Of a stretch of DNA of 64,000 bases, positions 51,766-64,000 are shown in pieces. The notes under the pieces were generated by a model. That model saw only the letters and a list, made by a program, of their open reading frames with translations, had not been told where the DNA came from and ran no database searches. The translations under genes were made by a program, and so were the position numbers. Source of the stretch: Epiperipatus broadwayi (lineage: Eukaryota; Animalia; Onychophora); assembly GCA_028023455.1 (NCBI GenBank), contig JAQFVV010000010.1:12400001-12464000 (forward strand), in the 5' to 3' direction. Position 1 is the stretch's first letter. Every line of letters begins with the position of its first letter.

Positions 51766-52356
51766 ATAGGTAGTGCTAGAGTAATAGAAAGAGAGAACTA
51801 CTTTTGATAATTTTATGTTTAGTATTACATCTGATGATTGTGGTCAAAATTTTTTAAAGTAATTTCAAACCTTTTGATAATAGTCTTGAAACTCATAGTA
51901 AAATGAAATGAATTTTTAATAGACTTAGATATTACTTACTCTATGAGAAGAAAATTGAAATATGATTATTTAAATGTGTTATACTTAACATTGTATTCAA
52001 AGAGACTATGTCTTTATTAGGCCTTGACCCACTTACTTCCTGTCTGTACAATTATATGTAGTTCCACCTGCTAAATGCTAAGGTTGCATATTTCAAATCA
52101 ATTATAATAGCCTTTATGTATCTTGTCTGTTTAATATATGTTTATGAAGTATAAACTTTGAATTCTTAAATGAAACAAAGATTGCAAATCAATAAACACA
52201 TATGGAAAGAAATAAGTTAGGAATAAAAAAGAAGAATTGAGAGAGAAATGAACAGTTTCGAACTCTACACAAAAGTTTTGTTAATATTAAGATTAAAGAA
52301 TTTAAATGAAGATGGGTTGGACATACAGCAAAAAGAAAGGACAATTGATTAAATCA

Positions 52357-52466
52357 CTAAAACATCACATGACCACCTTCCTATCCTTACACAATCTGTT
52401 AAAACAATAGTAACTCTCTCTATGAAGTATTGCCATCCCGTGCAAGCCGTAGTATTTAATGGATGC
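52357..52466 (-). mobile_element. Short retroposed repeat with 12-bp TSD
   Basis: TSD TTGATTAAATCA at 52345-52356 and 52467-52478. Confidence 0.75.
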
Positions 52467-52723
52467 TTGATTAAATCAGAAAATTCTGGATTGGCTACCA
52501 GATGATACTTATTTTAGTTAAAATAATAAACCAGTAAGCTTGTTGAATCATATAGAAATGAAAAGCTATGACTGACTTTGTGGGAAAATGTTGAATGGGT
52601 CTTTGTCTTACAGTTGGTTTTTAATGACTGATGATTACTTTAATAATACTCAATTTTCTCATTGAATTAGAATTTAATATTTTCACTTAATCTTTTGTAA
52701 GTAATATTTTTATATTTTTTTAG

Positions 52724-52783
52724 TTAGCAAATCAATACTGGGCTCCTCACAGTAATATTCCTCATAAAGAATTTAATCCCCAG
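52724..52783 (+). CDS. AQR: Aquarius coding exon 2
   Basis: TTTTTTAG|LANQYWAPHSNIPHKEFNPQ|GTAAAT, phase 0-0; matches the recalled LACKYWAPH. Confidence 0.95.
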
Positions 52784-53837
52784 GTAAATTTAGTTTGATT
52801 TAAATACTATAATAGATATGCTTTTATAATTATGAAATGTAGTAAGCAATACTGGCACAAAAGTCAACTTGATTGTTTTTCAGGTGATATATATCTGGCA
52901 TTTCAATCAACAACACTGTAATTGGAATTAACAGGTTTTAAAAAAGGATTTTTCTCAGGACTTCAATCAATAACTAAATGAGAGTTTGGACTAAGTACTT
53001 CTGTTATAATTATAGATAAAATAATTATATAAATTAATTTATGATTGACATCTTCAAAAATAACCTATACCTTAGTAGACAAATTATTTACCAATCAAAA
53101 AATTAATTGCTTAAAACTTTTGTCAAAGATGACAAATCATAAAGATGTTAGTTCTTTGGCACATTTTTTTTTTTTTATCTACATAAAAAATAGGAATACT
53201 TAGTCTAAACTTTTATTTAGTTGTTAATTGAAATTACTAAGAAAAAAAAATTAATGTTTTTTTTAATCTTTAAAAATATCCATTGCACTTCAGAAATATA
53301 TAAAAATAAGCTATGTCACTTAGACCTGGAAACCAATTGAATTTTTTTAATGATTTTTGTTTATATTTTTAAAATGTTCAATTTTTCAGATATTGCTACT
53401 TCTAAAGAGTCTCATATCATCTTTCAGATGCTGATGTTTTATCATTCTTGCTTATGCAGACCTTTGATGAAATTTTTTTTGTACTTATTTATTAGACCTG
53501 CTGTGCCTTTTCGCATACATGTCATTGCACAATACATTTTTAACCTTGCAATCCTGTCAAATAACATGTACACGGAAACTTTTGACAAAATTAAATGATA
53601 AATTTATAATTACAAAAATTTAATCATTATCTGCTTATTATACACATCATTTATTGTCCAGATTTTGTTGGCACAAGTGCTCTAAAGCATCTTATTATAC
53701 ACGTGTTTTTTTTTGATTTGGTATTATACATGTAATATTTTTGATCTTAAGTAAGCGAATACATGTATTTTTTCATTTTGCTTTACTTTCCATTTTGTTC
53801 ATTCAACATACTTTTTCCTTTTTTGTTACAGCAGAAA

Positions 53838-54590
53838 ATGCCTAAAAGTTGGAATTTATCCATTACTGAGATAGATACAGTTCAGTACTTTCAACAAAAA
53901 TGAATCCTGTCATCTGAAAAAGTCTGCCCAAATGGCCATGGTGTAGCCCTTTACATACACACTTCGGACAAACAATGGCATTGTTACATTCAAGATTGTA
54001 ATAATAAAGTAGGCCTTCATAATGGAACATGGCTGGAGGGTTCCAGAATTTCATATCTCATGGCACTATTTTTATTTATAGCTGGTCACAAAATTTAACA
54101 TCAATAGAATAGGGAAAAACATTGAATATAGCAGATAAAGCCATAATAGACTGGAACAACTGTAGATAGGAAGTTTGTGCCACTGCAATATTAGCCCGAG
54201 AAAAACATAAAGTTGGAGGCCCTAACAAAGTCATTGAAATAGATGAGAGTCTTTTCAGCAAACGAAAAAATTGAGCTGGATGGATACTTCCAGAACAGTG
54301 GATGTTTCAGGGCTTGTGCAGAGAGATCAACGACTGTTTCATCATGGCACTGCAAGCTAAAACAGCGGCAACTCTCATGGAAGCACTCAAACAAAATGTG
54401 GAAGAGGGCTCATCTGTTGGAAAGTGTATAATCTGCCTGATATGAATATTTTCGTGTCAATCATAGATATAACTTTGTCAATCCAAAAACTGGTGTTAAC
54501 ACTCAGAACATAGAAAGACTTTGGGGTAATATGAAATAGAATTAAAATTGGATTAAGATACATATTTGAAAACCCAACCAAGCTATTTAA
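53838..54590 (+). pseudogene. Merlin (IS1595/ISXO2-like DDE) transposase remnant
   Basis: [56 protein letters not shown] with stops and deletions; TIRs not identified. Confidence 0.9.
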
Positions 54591-57500
54591 AAAAAAATAA
54601 AAATAAAAGAGAAATAGATGGAAGATGATAATAGAAATTGCTTTTGCTTCAACATCTTTTTACAAAAAAAGATTTTCAGTATTCAAAATAATGTGCATAA
54701 ACTAATGAAATATAAGAAAACCCTCTGATAAGATATTGGCTGATTTTTTTTTTTTTTTAACAGACATTTTCTTATATCTCTAGAGTACTAATAATCCATA
54801 TTGAATAAGACAGTTTTAGACTGTATCAGTCTGGATTATTGAATTTTAATAAATTATTTAAATATTCTTTTTAGGAATAGAGCAAGTAAAGTCAATAAAT
54901 ATCCTAAAAATCTTTGACCGACCTAATTTTACATTTTTTATTGCTTGTTGACTGAATCCAAGTATGAGTTAAACTAATAAATAAGATTTAATAAAGTACA
55001 GCTTCCACCAAATCTGATATAAATTAACAGAAGACACAACGATTTATAATTGTTTGATGCATTCTATTTATAATACAAAACATAACTTAAAAATATACAC
55101 TATTTCTGAAAATAAATGTATTAATTCTCAAGCTTGAATGTTTATAGCTAAATTTTTGCCTATGAATCAATTGTAATTTTATTATGCAATATAAAACACT
55201 TGTTAAATAAGTTTAATCTATTAGTATATAAAATTATGCAACTAATTTCTAAAAATTAATGAATATAAATTTCTTGAAGAATGAGAGTTCATAATCTCAT
55301 CCAGAGAGCAAATCACAATTCTGTGAGATAATCATATTTTTTTAGTCTTTTGAATATTATCAAAATCTTGTATAATTAATATAACAGATAAAACTGCAAA
55401 ATCAAAAAAATCAGTTAAACAAAAATCAGTTTTCAAGTAAATAAAAGTTTTTAATTTGTTAAAATCTAATCATGATGTAATGATTAATGTCTTAACCTAG
55501 GGTAAGTGCCATTTGGAAATTTCTTTAAATAATTAAATATTTCCATAAAAATTTAAGATTAAGTTCAGTATAGTCTTATAAATATTCTAATTTTTTTATA
55601 GTTAGTTAATTATTAATTAATCTTACCTTGTAAGTATAAAGTAGGAAGTTGATTAATAAAAATTATATCATCTCGGTTAATTTATTTTTGCTCCTGTTTT
55701 TACCTTGTTCTAAATTAGTAGATAAATGCTTTCTATTTCCATCTGCTTAATTTGAAAATTTATAATGTACAGATAGTGCTGTTGAAAAATTTAACAGTAG
55801 GTGATGTAATATTTTTATATTTAACTCCAATATGACTTTATATTTATTCTAATTTCATTTATATGTGCATCTAATTATCTTTTTACATGATAGATTGGTT
55901 TCTGAAAATTACATGTAAAAGAAATTCATATAAAAAAATACAGTGTATATATGGAAAATAAGGAGATTGGTTCCAGACCTAAGAAATCAATGAAAATAAT
56001 TATATAAATCATATGAAAAATTTCGTTAGAATGTGATATTTTTTGTGTGCTTTCAAATTTTACTTCATACACATTGCACATAAACAAAAAAAATGAGTTA
56101 TAGAAACATAAATTTCATTTGAAAAATAAAAAAACTTGAAAGTGACAACACGATGAAGCACTCATTGATTTCTCTACACAAGCTATTGAAAACTTTAAAA
56201 TTCAGAGTGTATGATTATTACCATGTTATAAGTAAAAAAAAAAAAAATTTGAAATAAAGATTATTAATGTAATTTACAGGAATTTATTAACTTCTTAATT
56301 TTTTTAAAATTTAACAACTAACACATTTGAAAAGAGAAATTGCAAACCTCTGGAACTGTACATTTATCAAAAGTACAGGCGCCATCTTGCTTGCCTGAAA
56401 AACAGAAAAGTTTCCAAGATTTTTTCGTTGACATTTTCTAATAATAAATGGATACTTTTGGGCATAATTGGAATACCATTGCTATCACTAAAACTTGCAA
56501 TGTATAACTTACCATTTATTGAATTTGGCCAAAATTATAATAAATTTAAACAAATTAATCAATTAAATTTAAACAAAATTAAATTTATTTTAACATTAAC
56601 ACCAACAAGGAATTTTTTTTTAAAAATCAAATGTCAAAATGCAAACAATTCATCAATGACAAAAAAATATTTCCTTTTCAAAACAAAACATTAAAACATT
56701 ACACTGCAAACAAATTTCCCCATTTGCAGAAATGTTGCCATAAGAGATATTGTTTTTAAAATATTGAGAAATGAATACATGAAATTATATTTTTTTAAAT
56801 TGGATGATAATAACAGACAATTTTTTTTTTTAGTTTTGTGATGAACTCGACCTTAGAAACAAATCTGTAAATAAACACTGAATTAAAAACATTTACAATC
56901 TACTAAAAAGGAAAATAAATTACTTTATATTACTGACATGAAATTATTTAGAATTAAAAAAAAAAGTTTAATAACAACTTAAGACAATCTAAGAGTTACT
57001 TTGAGAGTGTAAGATGATTTTTTTTTTTTAAAGCCTTGTAGACAATAACGTTTGTTTCTTCATTCCAATCATGAACACATCACAGCGACTAATCCCAAAG
57101 TCCTTTTTTTTTTTAACGATCATGTTATTTTAAAACAACTCTTGTAGGTAGAGAATTTTTTTTTTTTAGTTCTTGTTATTTCAAAATCATCCTTAAAAAT
57201 TCATGTAAAAAGAGAATTAGGTGTATATATATATATCAATATTAAAATTATATGAATTAATGTAAAAATGGTTCAGCTACCATACATCATGTCAATTTTC
57301 CCATGTAGCATATGAATTCTATTTTATAAATTAAATTTAAAGCTTATTTACAATCAATATTATTTATACATGGTTTTGGATAATCTTCAATAATTTATAT
57401 CTATTTTCTCTGAGGTATTTATAAAATGTGTTGTAAATTGATTTTCCTTTCAAATCATTTTCAATATGTAAAATTAATACGTTTTAACAAGAACTCCCGT

Positions 57501-58284
57501 TGCAATTAGTAACATGCTCTGCAAGGGCCACCTGACTTTTTTTTTCTTATTCCCAATATTCAGTAATTTTCTGTATGTTATTAATGTTCACGTGTTTTTT
57601 TATTTTTTAATATTTAAATTCTCCAATATAAAATTTTCTGCATACACATGCTATTCCATGTATAATATTATATTTACTGTTTTTATGAATATTATTTTTT
57701 CTATTAATAATTAATCTAATTACATTTAGTGTTCTATTAAAAGTTTAATTAAAATATATAGAAACAATTGATGTAATCATTCACATACCCTAGGTTTTAT
57801 ATAAAATAATATTCTTTTGCGTCCAAGTATAAAATTCTTTAATATATTAAAAATATATTTTTATATATCCATCACTTAATAATCCCTTAGAGTTATTTTT
57901 GTTTTTATGTTAGCTAATTGATCACTTTTATATTTAAATAACATTTTATTACTAAATAAAAATCTTCTGAATCTATATTATTTATGAATTATAGGAGTCT
58001 TTGAAATGGAATCAATAAAGCCTTTAAATATTTTATTATCTTTTCTCCATAAGTTTAATTTCAAGGTGCAAATATTATTTAAACTGTCCTGAAATTAAGC
58101 CCATTTTAAATCTAATTTTATTTTATTTATTTATAAGTTGTTGAAATAAAAAGCAATGATCCTATACTAAGTATATCCTTGTATTTAAAATAATTTTTAG
58201 TTTTATCATGAACAAATTTTTTTAGAATTTTATTTTTATAATAGGACAAAATGTAGGTCCATACAATAGCTAAGATAAATAGTT

Positions 58285-58365
58285 AAAACAGGTAAAACTC
58301 TCCATACAGTAATGCCACTCAGTGCAAGCCAGAGTAATCAATGGATGTCAGAAGGCTTGTGCATA
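58285..58365 (-). mobile_element. Partial copy of the short retroposed repeat family
   Basis: AAAACTCTCCATACAGTAATGCCACTCAGTGCAAGCCAGAGTAATCAATGGATG. Confidence 0.75.
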
Positions 58366-58569
58366 AAATCCCTGTCTAGTGCCTACTCATAGATAATCCC
58401 ATGAGTGTGTCATCTTTTATTTTATATATATATATATAATTTACAAAAAAATGCTATCAAATGTTCATCAATAATTATATTTCTTTATTATGTCAAACTT
58501 AATCAATGATTTGTAATGTTACTGTAATCTGTGACATATAAGAATAATGGGATCCACCTATAAATTTTT

Positions 58570-59430
58570 TTAATATGTTATAGAGATGCTATCTGTATTG
58601 AGAACGGCTTGTATTCATGGAGGATAAATATATTAAATCATTTCTAAAAACTTTTAGTTTGTTGAAAGATATTTGTGGGATTATTGTTTTCTCACTCATC
58701 ATTTTAAAATGGCTCACAAAAGCTCAACAACTAAGCTAGTAATTATGAAGATCATGTGAGATGCTAACATTATCTTCATGTTTATCAAACCACTGTTGGT
58801 ATGTATATGTGTAAATTGCAGCATCATTTTGGAAGACAGTACCGTTATCTGGAAATTGTATTTATACCCTTAGATTAATCTTATCATAAAAATGTTCAGT
58901 TTGAAGTCTACGCTAAGTAATGATTGAGCCAAGACAATTCCTTTGAAATGGCAATTGGAAAGTACTAGTGTGGTTGATAGGGTTTTTGTTTTTGCCATTT
59001 GCCAGATGTAAACTTTTTTACATTAATTGATGGAAACGTAAACAATTTCCCTCATTATATGACATGTTTTCAGACATTCATTGTTCAGTTTTTATGTGAC
59101 TGAAATCACTGTTTTTACATCATAGCATTTATGTCAGAAACCATTAGCTTTGAAGTTTCTCTTATTTATTTGGCATTTAATATTCTTCTCTTGAAGTTCA
59201 CGGCATATTATTTTGGTAGTCACTCAAGTACGCTGGTGTGGATGACCTTTGCAGTGATTTGTTCCATTGAATGTCCATTGGTCTCTCTCTACAGAACTTT
59301 CTAGAACTAACCAGTGGTTTTCATAGGTTGAAATATTAAATAGGCTATCAAAATTGGATTCATGGGGCAATTAATCAAGCACCAACAATTTAATTTTTGT
59401 TAAACTTGGACAAATTTCTACCTTTCTTAC
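58570..59430 (-). pseudogene. Tc1-like transposase remnant
   Basis: KIVGA*L near the N-terminus, TTKIICREL, FPDNGTVFQNDAAIYT (second D motif), QWFDKHED, ELL*AILK, IQAVLN...Y*; many frameshifts. Confidence 0.8.
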
Positions 59431-59509
59431 AGCTTTATTAAATTGGTGTTAGTATCTGGTTCTTGATTCTTTCCACTGTCTACACCAAAAAAATATATAT
59501 ATTGATATG

Positions 59510-60110
59510 TGTAGTGTTTTGTAAAATGGCAGACATGTTTGTGCACTTCTGAAAAAACTAGAATTTATTTGAAAGGCTGTTTTTAGATCGCGCTCTGATA
59601 ACTGAGAAATTTAATTAGTGCATTGATGTAATGGCGATCGACAATTCCTAGAAATATTTGCTAATTACAAATGTTTCTAGATAAGAGACGTTACCTTATT
59701 GGTCAGTGCATTGATTGATCGTTGCAGTTGTCAGTGAGCGATAAGAAGACTGGGTAACATCTGGCAGTGTAACATAGAGAGCAGTCATGCAGTAGTGAGT
59801 AGCAGACAGTATTAGAGTAGAGATATCTCGCGTTAGTGCTGGCGGTAAATGACCAGCACCCAGTAGAAATGTAGTTCACGGGTGTAGCTGAAAGAGACCG
59901 CAGCAGAGAAGAGCATTAGTTGCAGAGAAGAGCATTAGTTGCAGAGAAGAGCATTAGTTGCCGAGAAGAGCATTAGTTCCAAAGAAGAGCATTAGTTGCA
60001 GAGAAGGGCATTAGTTGCAGAGCAGAGCATTAGTTGCAGAGCAAGGCATTCGTTGCAAAATAGACCATTCGTTGGAGAGCACTCGTTGGAAAAGAACAGC
60101 GTGGGAATTG
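59510..60110 (+). mobile_element. 3'-truncated solo LTR of the 22773-24471 family
   Basis: Colinear with 22773-23450 from TGTAGTGTTTTGTAAAATGGC to GGGAATTG, but with about 8 copies of a 19-bp unit (59903-60054). Confidence 0.92.
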
Positions 60111-60356
60111 CAATTATGTAAAGTAGAGAGAGAGTTGTTGCAGACTGTTCACTATTCTGATTACTTAATAACATAGTGTCCTAATGTATATAGACGTGCA
60201 TATGGATACTTCAATATGCATCATTTTCATTTTATAGTGCTAATATAAAAGATATTCCAGTATTTTTTTTTCTTTATTTAGACGTAGTCAATTGATACAT
60301 TTGATTTTTGTGTCAGTAATTAAAATTTATTAAAAAGAACAAAAAATATAAATGTA

Positions 60357-60400
60357 ACTTGGGAGCGCTTTCAACTATCCTTGTAGTCTTTGTCAACTAA
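60357..60400 (-). ncRNA. Decayed hammerhead-like motif 3' of the Penelope endonuclease
   Basis: UUAG-UUGACAA-A-GACUA[CAAGGA]UAGUU-GAAA-GCGC-UC-CCAAG; two substitutions from CUGACGA; palindromic AGCGCU. Confidence 0.45.
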
Positions 60401-60412
60401 TACTTTGAAAGG

Positions 60413-60790
60413 TCAACTTTCCCATAATTTTGTGATCTTAATGTCTGCTGCCTGCCTATTGATTAAGTCTTGCTTGTATTTATAGATTAACATAGCTTCC
60501 TTGATTTTTCTTTTATTATTATTTCTTTCAATTTGCAATATTTTTACGTTATTGTAATTGAAATCAAAACCATATATACATGATTTATTATGATCATAAA
60601 AAACAGAAGCTGATAAATTATCATTATCTTTAGAATTTTGTTTCGTATTTTGAACTCTTTTTAATAACAAGGGCTCTTTTGTTCTTTTCCCCAATGTGCA
60701 TCTCAACTCACCTATATATCCACTACCACACCTACACATCCATTTATAAATGATACAATTTTTATTTGTAGATAAGGTTTTATCTTTACA
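60413..60790 (-). mobile_element. Penelope-like element GIY-YIG endonuclease fragment
   Basis: KNCIIYKWMCRCGSGYIGE...KR...FDFNYNNVKILQIERNNNKRKIKEAMLI...IN: GIY-YIG with the PLE-type cysteine motif. Confidence 0.85.
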
Positions 60791-61112
60791 GTTATTTATT
60801 AATTTATTTAATGTAGGTGGTGCATAAAATGCAATGTCACATATACCTTAATTTTTCTTATGAAACTTGCCTGTTGATTTGAAATATATGGTATTGATAT
60901 CCAAATTTTATTATCAGAAGAATTAATATCATTATTTAATTTTTATTTTTGTATTTATATTTTGAATTAAAATTTTTAATAGTATAATAAATATGATCAT
61001 AATTATATCCAACATTTAACAATTCATTAGAATACATTTCAATATTTATATATATATGTATATTCATATATATATTTCTTATAATAAGAGTATATGTATA
61101 TTGTTTGTTTAG

Positions 61113-61153
61113 GTTATTGAAGATATTTATGAAAAAGATCTACTTGGGACAAA
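61113..61153 (+). CDS. AQR: Aquarius coding exon 3 (41 nt); the gene continues beyond what could be found in the window
   Basis: TTGTTTGTTTAG|VIEDIYEKDLLGT+AA|GTAAGT, phase 0-2; matches the recalled VIEDIYEKEIVKS. Confidence 0.95.
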
Positions 61154-64000
61154 GTAAGTAAAATATTCTTTAAAAAAAATATATAAATATTCTTTTCAAT
61201 ATGTATTCAATAATATTAAAATCAAGTGCATTCTAATAAAATATTGTCATACTATATATGCAGCAAGAAAAAACGCATATAGTTATTCTACAGATATTCT
61301 CTTTATTAGAAAAATAAAACTATATCATATTAGTCATTTTAACTAACTGAATAAAATAGTTATTAACTGAATCCTCATTTTAGTTGATTTTATAACAGAA
61401 TTTAGTTTATTATTTTACTTTAACTGATTTAAAAATATATGTAAAATTTAATGTATATTATATTGAAAACCATATTAATAAAATAAATATATTTTTTATA
61501 TTCCAAGCAAAATTCTGATAGTTTCCGAATTATAGATAATAATATTAAGAGGATGTACAAGTGAAATTAAAGAGTTTTTCAAAACTAACATTCATGGCCT
61601 TTATTTATCATTGATTTGTTTTTTCAGAAATTTGATTAAGTAATACTCAAAAGAATCTAAGTTTCTACTAAATAGATTGTATATTGGAACTTTATATATT
61701 ATAATAAGTTTAATTTGATCACATCATTACATTTATTAGTATAATCACAAAAATAGAAGTTGATTAGTTTCATTCTTGCCTATATATATATATTAAACAA
61801 ATGATGAAGATATGTGTAAGAGATTGTGATGTGGGCCAACTGATTAGTGCTGGTTCAGCACGAAATGTGCATCTTGGAGATTGTTTATCTTTTTCACATG
61901 TCTTTGATTGTATGTTTCTATAATGTGTGTGGTTGGAATAGAAGTTTGAAATATATTGAATATATATATTATATGAAATTAAGCTTAAATATGTTTAAAA
62001 ATAATGTTTATATTAAGTCAAATTGATTATTTGAAGAAGTATATGTGTCTAGTGTATTTATAGTGTGAGAAGTTGGGCTTACTTCTCAGCTGATGAATGG
62101 TTATGATAGGATTGAGCTAAAGTGAAAGATACACTGAGATAAGAATATAATTTGTAAATATATATATATATACATGATTGCTTATGATATTTAGTGGGAA
62201 GTTCTGTGTACAATTAAAAAAATTTTTACAGTTGACATTCCAATATAATATGAAGTGTTTTCTTCTTAAATTGTATGAAATTCCATTTGTTTCTGTTCAT
62301 ACATTGAATGGACCAATTGTAGAATCAACTTAAGGAAAGAAGATTGTTGTTAAAGGGAGATCCAATTCATTATTTATTTATTCAAACATAAAATTAAGAA
62401 AATTATCAATTTCAGTAAAACATTTATTCTGGAAAAAAATTACTAGATTATTAGGGGAGGCTATAGAAAATTTTAAAAAGATAAGAACGTGAGTGAAAAG
62501 TGTGAAATGAAGGAAATAAATGTTGTTTGAAAAAGCTATTGAAAGATAAACAACATTTAAAACTTTTCAACTAATAGAATTTGAATATGAGGAAGGAGTG
62601 GAAAAAGAAAAAATAACAATTTTAAATCTCACACACACTCTTTACAATTTAAGAAGAAAGATCCTCTGAAGATTAAATATTTGCTATTTTACTGAAATAT
62701 CAACTAATAAAATTTTTATTTTTTAAATAATTATTGTATGATTTGAATGATGTATAATAGAGAATTTTGTAATCAAATCTACATCTTTTTTAGAAAATGT
62801 TAATATCAGTCAAAATGATTTTTATTATACGCAGAATTTCCTGCTATATCATCATAAGTATCATTCTTTATCCATACAAATATTAAAATTAACATGTATA
62901 TATATTTGATGATGTAATAAGTAAAAATTAAACAATTTATGACTTTCATATTTTTAAATAATAATAAAAATAAGAGCATTACCATCTGCTTTACGCACCC
63001 AACCAGAAGTACATATATATATATACTTCTGACAGTTTTATATAAAAAATTAAATTAAATTAAATTTTTATCCATGCAGAAAAGACTTGATAATATTAAA
63101 AGCAGTTCATTTAGAAAATATCTGTATGATATTTATCACAACTTCAATTTAAAAACATTAATATTTTTTCATATAATTAAGACTGTTCTAGTTTATTAAT
63201 TGTAGGTGATGTTATTAAGAGAATGTTTTTCCAAAATAAAAGTTTTTAATATTGGCTTCTTATGTTTCATTGATTATTTTGTTCAGGGATTAACGATTAC
63301 ATAACATTTAAAAGAGTCTGAATTTCAGTTTCTATCTAAATAGACAATGCATCAGTGATTTACATCATATATGTGTTGGTGTGTGTATAATAAACCAAAA
63401 CTAAAGTAAATCTTATAAAGTTTAATATAACGTCATCAATTATGTTATTGCCAGCTTGTGGCAAGTCTGCTGTTGATTATGATGACACTATAAGATAGAT
63501 GTAACTAACATATATTTAGTATTGTTTTATATTAAATTTTATAAAATTAACTCCAATTTTCATTTCACTTTGAATAAGATTATATTAGAAATACATATAG
63601 ATTGAAATATTTACTATTGTAAATGAAATAAAACAAAAAATATTGTTCCATCACACATATTTACACAAAATTGGCAAGGATATATAATTGCTTTCTTTTT
63701 GGAAAGGTTTTGTTTGTTTGTTTTTTATATACAAAATTTTTACATTTAGTTAATAGTTGGAATTTATCTCGTTAAGATTTAAAAATGACATCTCTAAAAG
63801 TTTATCAAAACTAGAATAGTAGGCATGTAAAAGATTAACTCTTAAATAGAAGTTGTAATTGTTTTCCAAATGTTAAATGATTTTCTTATATCTTCACTAG
63901 AATAATAATTCTAGCATGATGAGAACATTAGAATACTTAAACATTTAGACTAACATACATGAGCTCAAAATATGATTTAATGATCTTTATTTACATGGTC

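Noticed and set aside
61154-64000. Next AQR exon (expected FxIRKIMLLEFS)
   Set aside because: No acceptor in this interval gave a matching phase-2 frame; it is probably outside the window.

Overview
Very AT-rich eukaryotic (animal, probably arthropod-like invertebrate) genomic DNA; nothing prokaryotic was seen (no operons, CRISPR arrays or rRNA). One gene is securely recognised: the first three small coding exons of the spliceosomal helicase Aquarius (AQR) on + (46549-46620, 52724-52783, 61113-61153), with 6.1 and 8.3 kb introns. A second, unidentified gene starts on - (CDS exon 12147-11556). Most of the rest is nested transposon debris: RTE LINE remnants, a Ty3/gypsy remnant, a young miniature LTR element (22773-24471) and a related solo LTR, Merlin and Tc1 transposase pseudogenes, and a Penelope GIY-YIG fragment. 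The most striking pattern is a recurring class of fold-back (palindromic) insertions. Several have 10-16 bp target-site duplications plus an unpaired tail, and three carry hammerhead-ribozyme-like cores in their arms. A structured, Sm-site-bearing ncRNA candidate (U11-like) lies at 8050-8316 (-). All alignments, folds and CpG impressions were made by eye; boundaries of degenerate elements are approximate.
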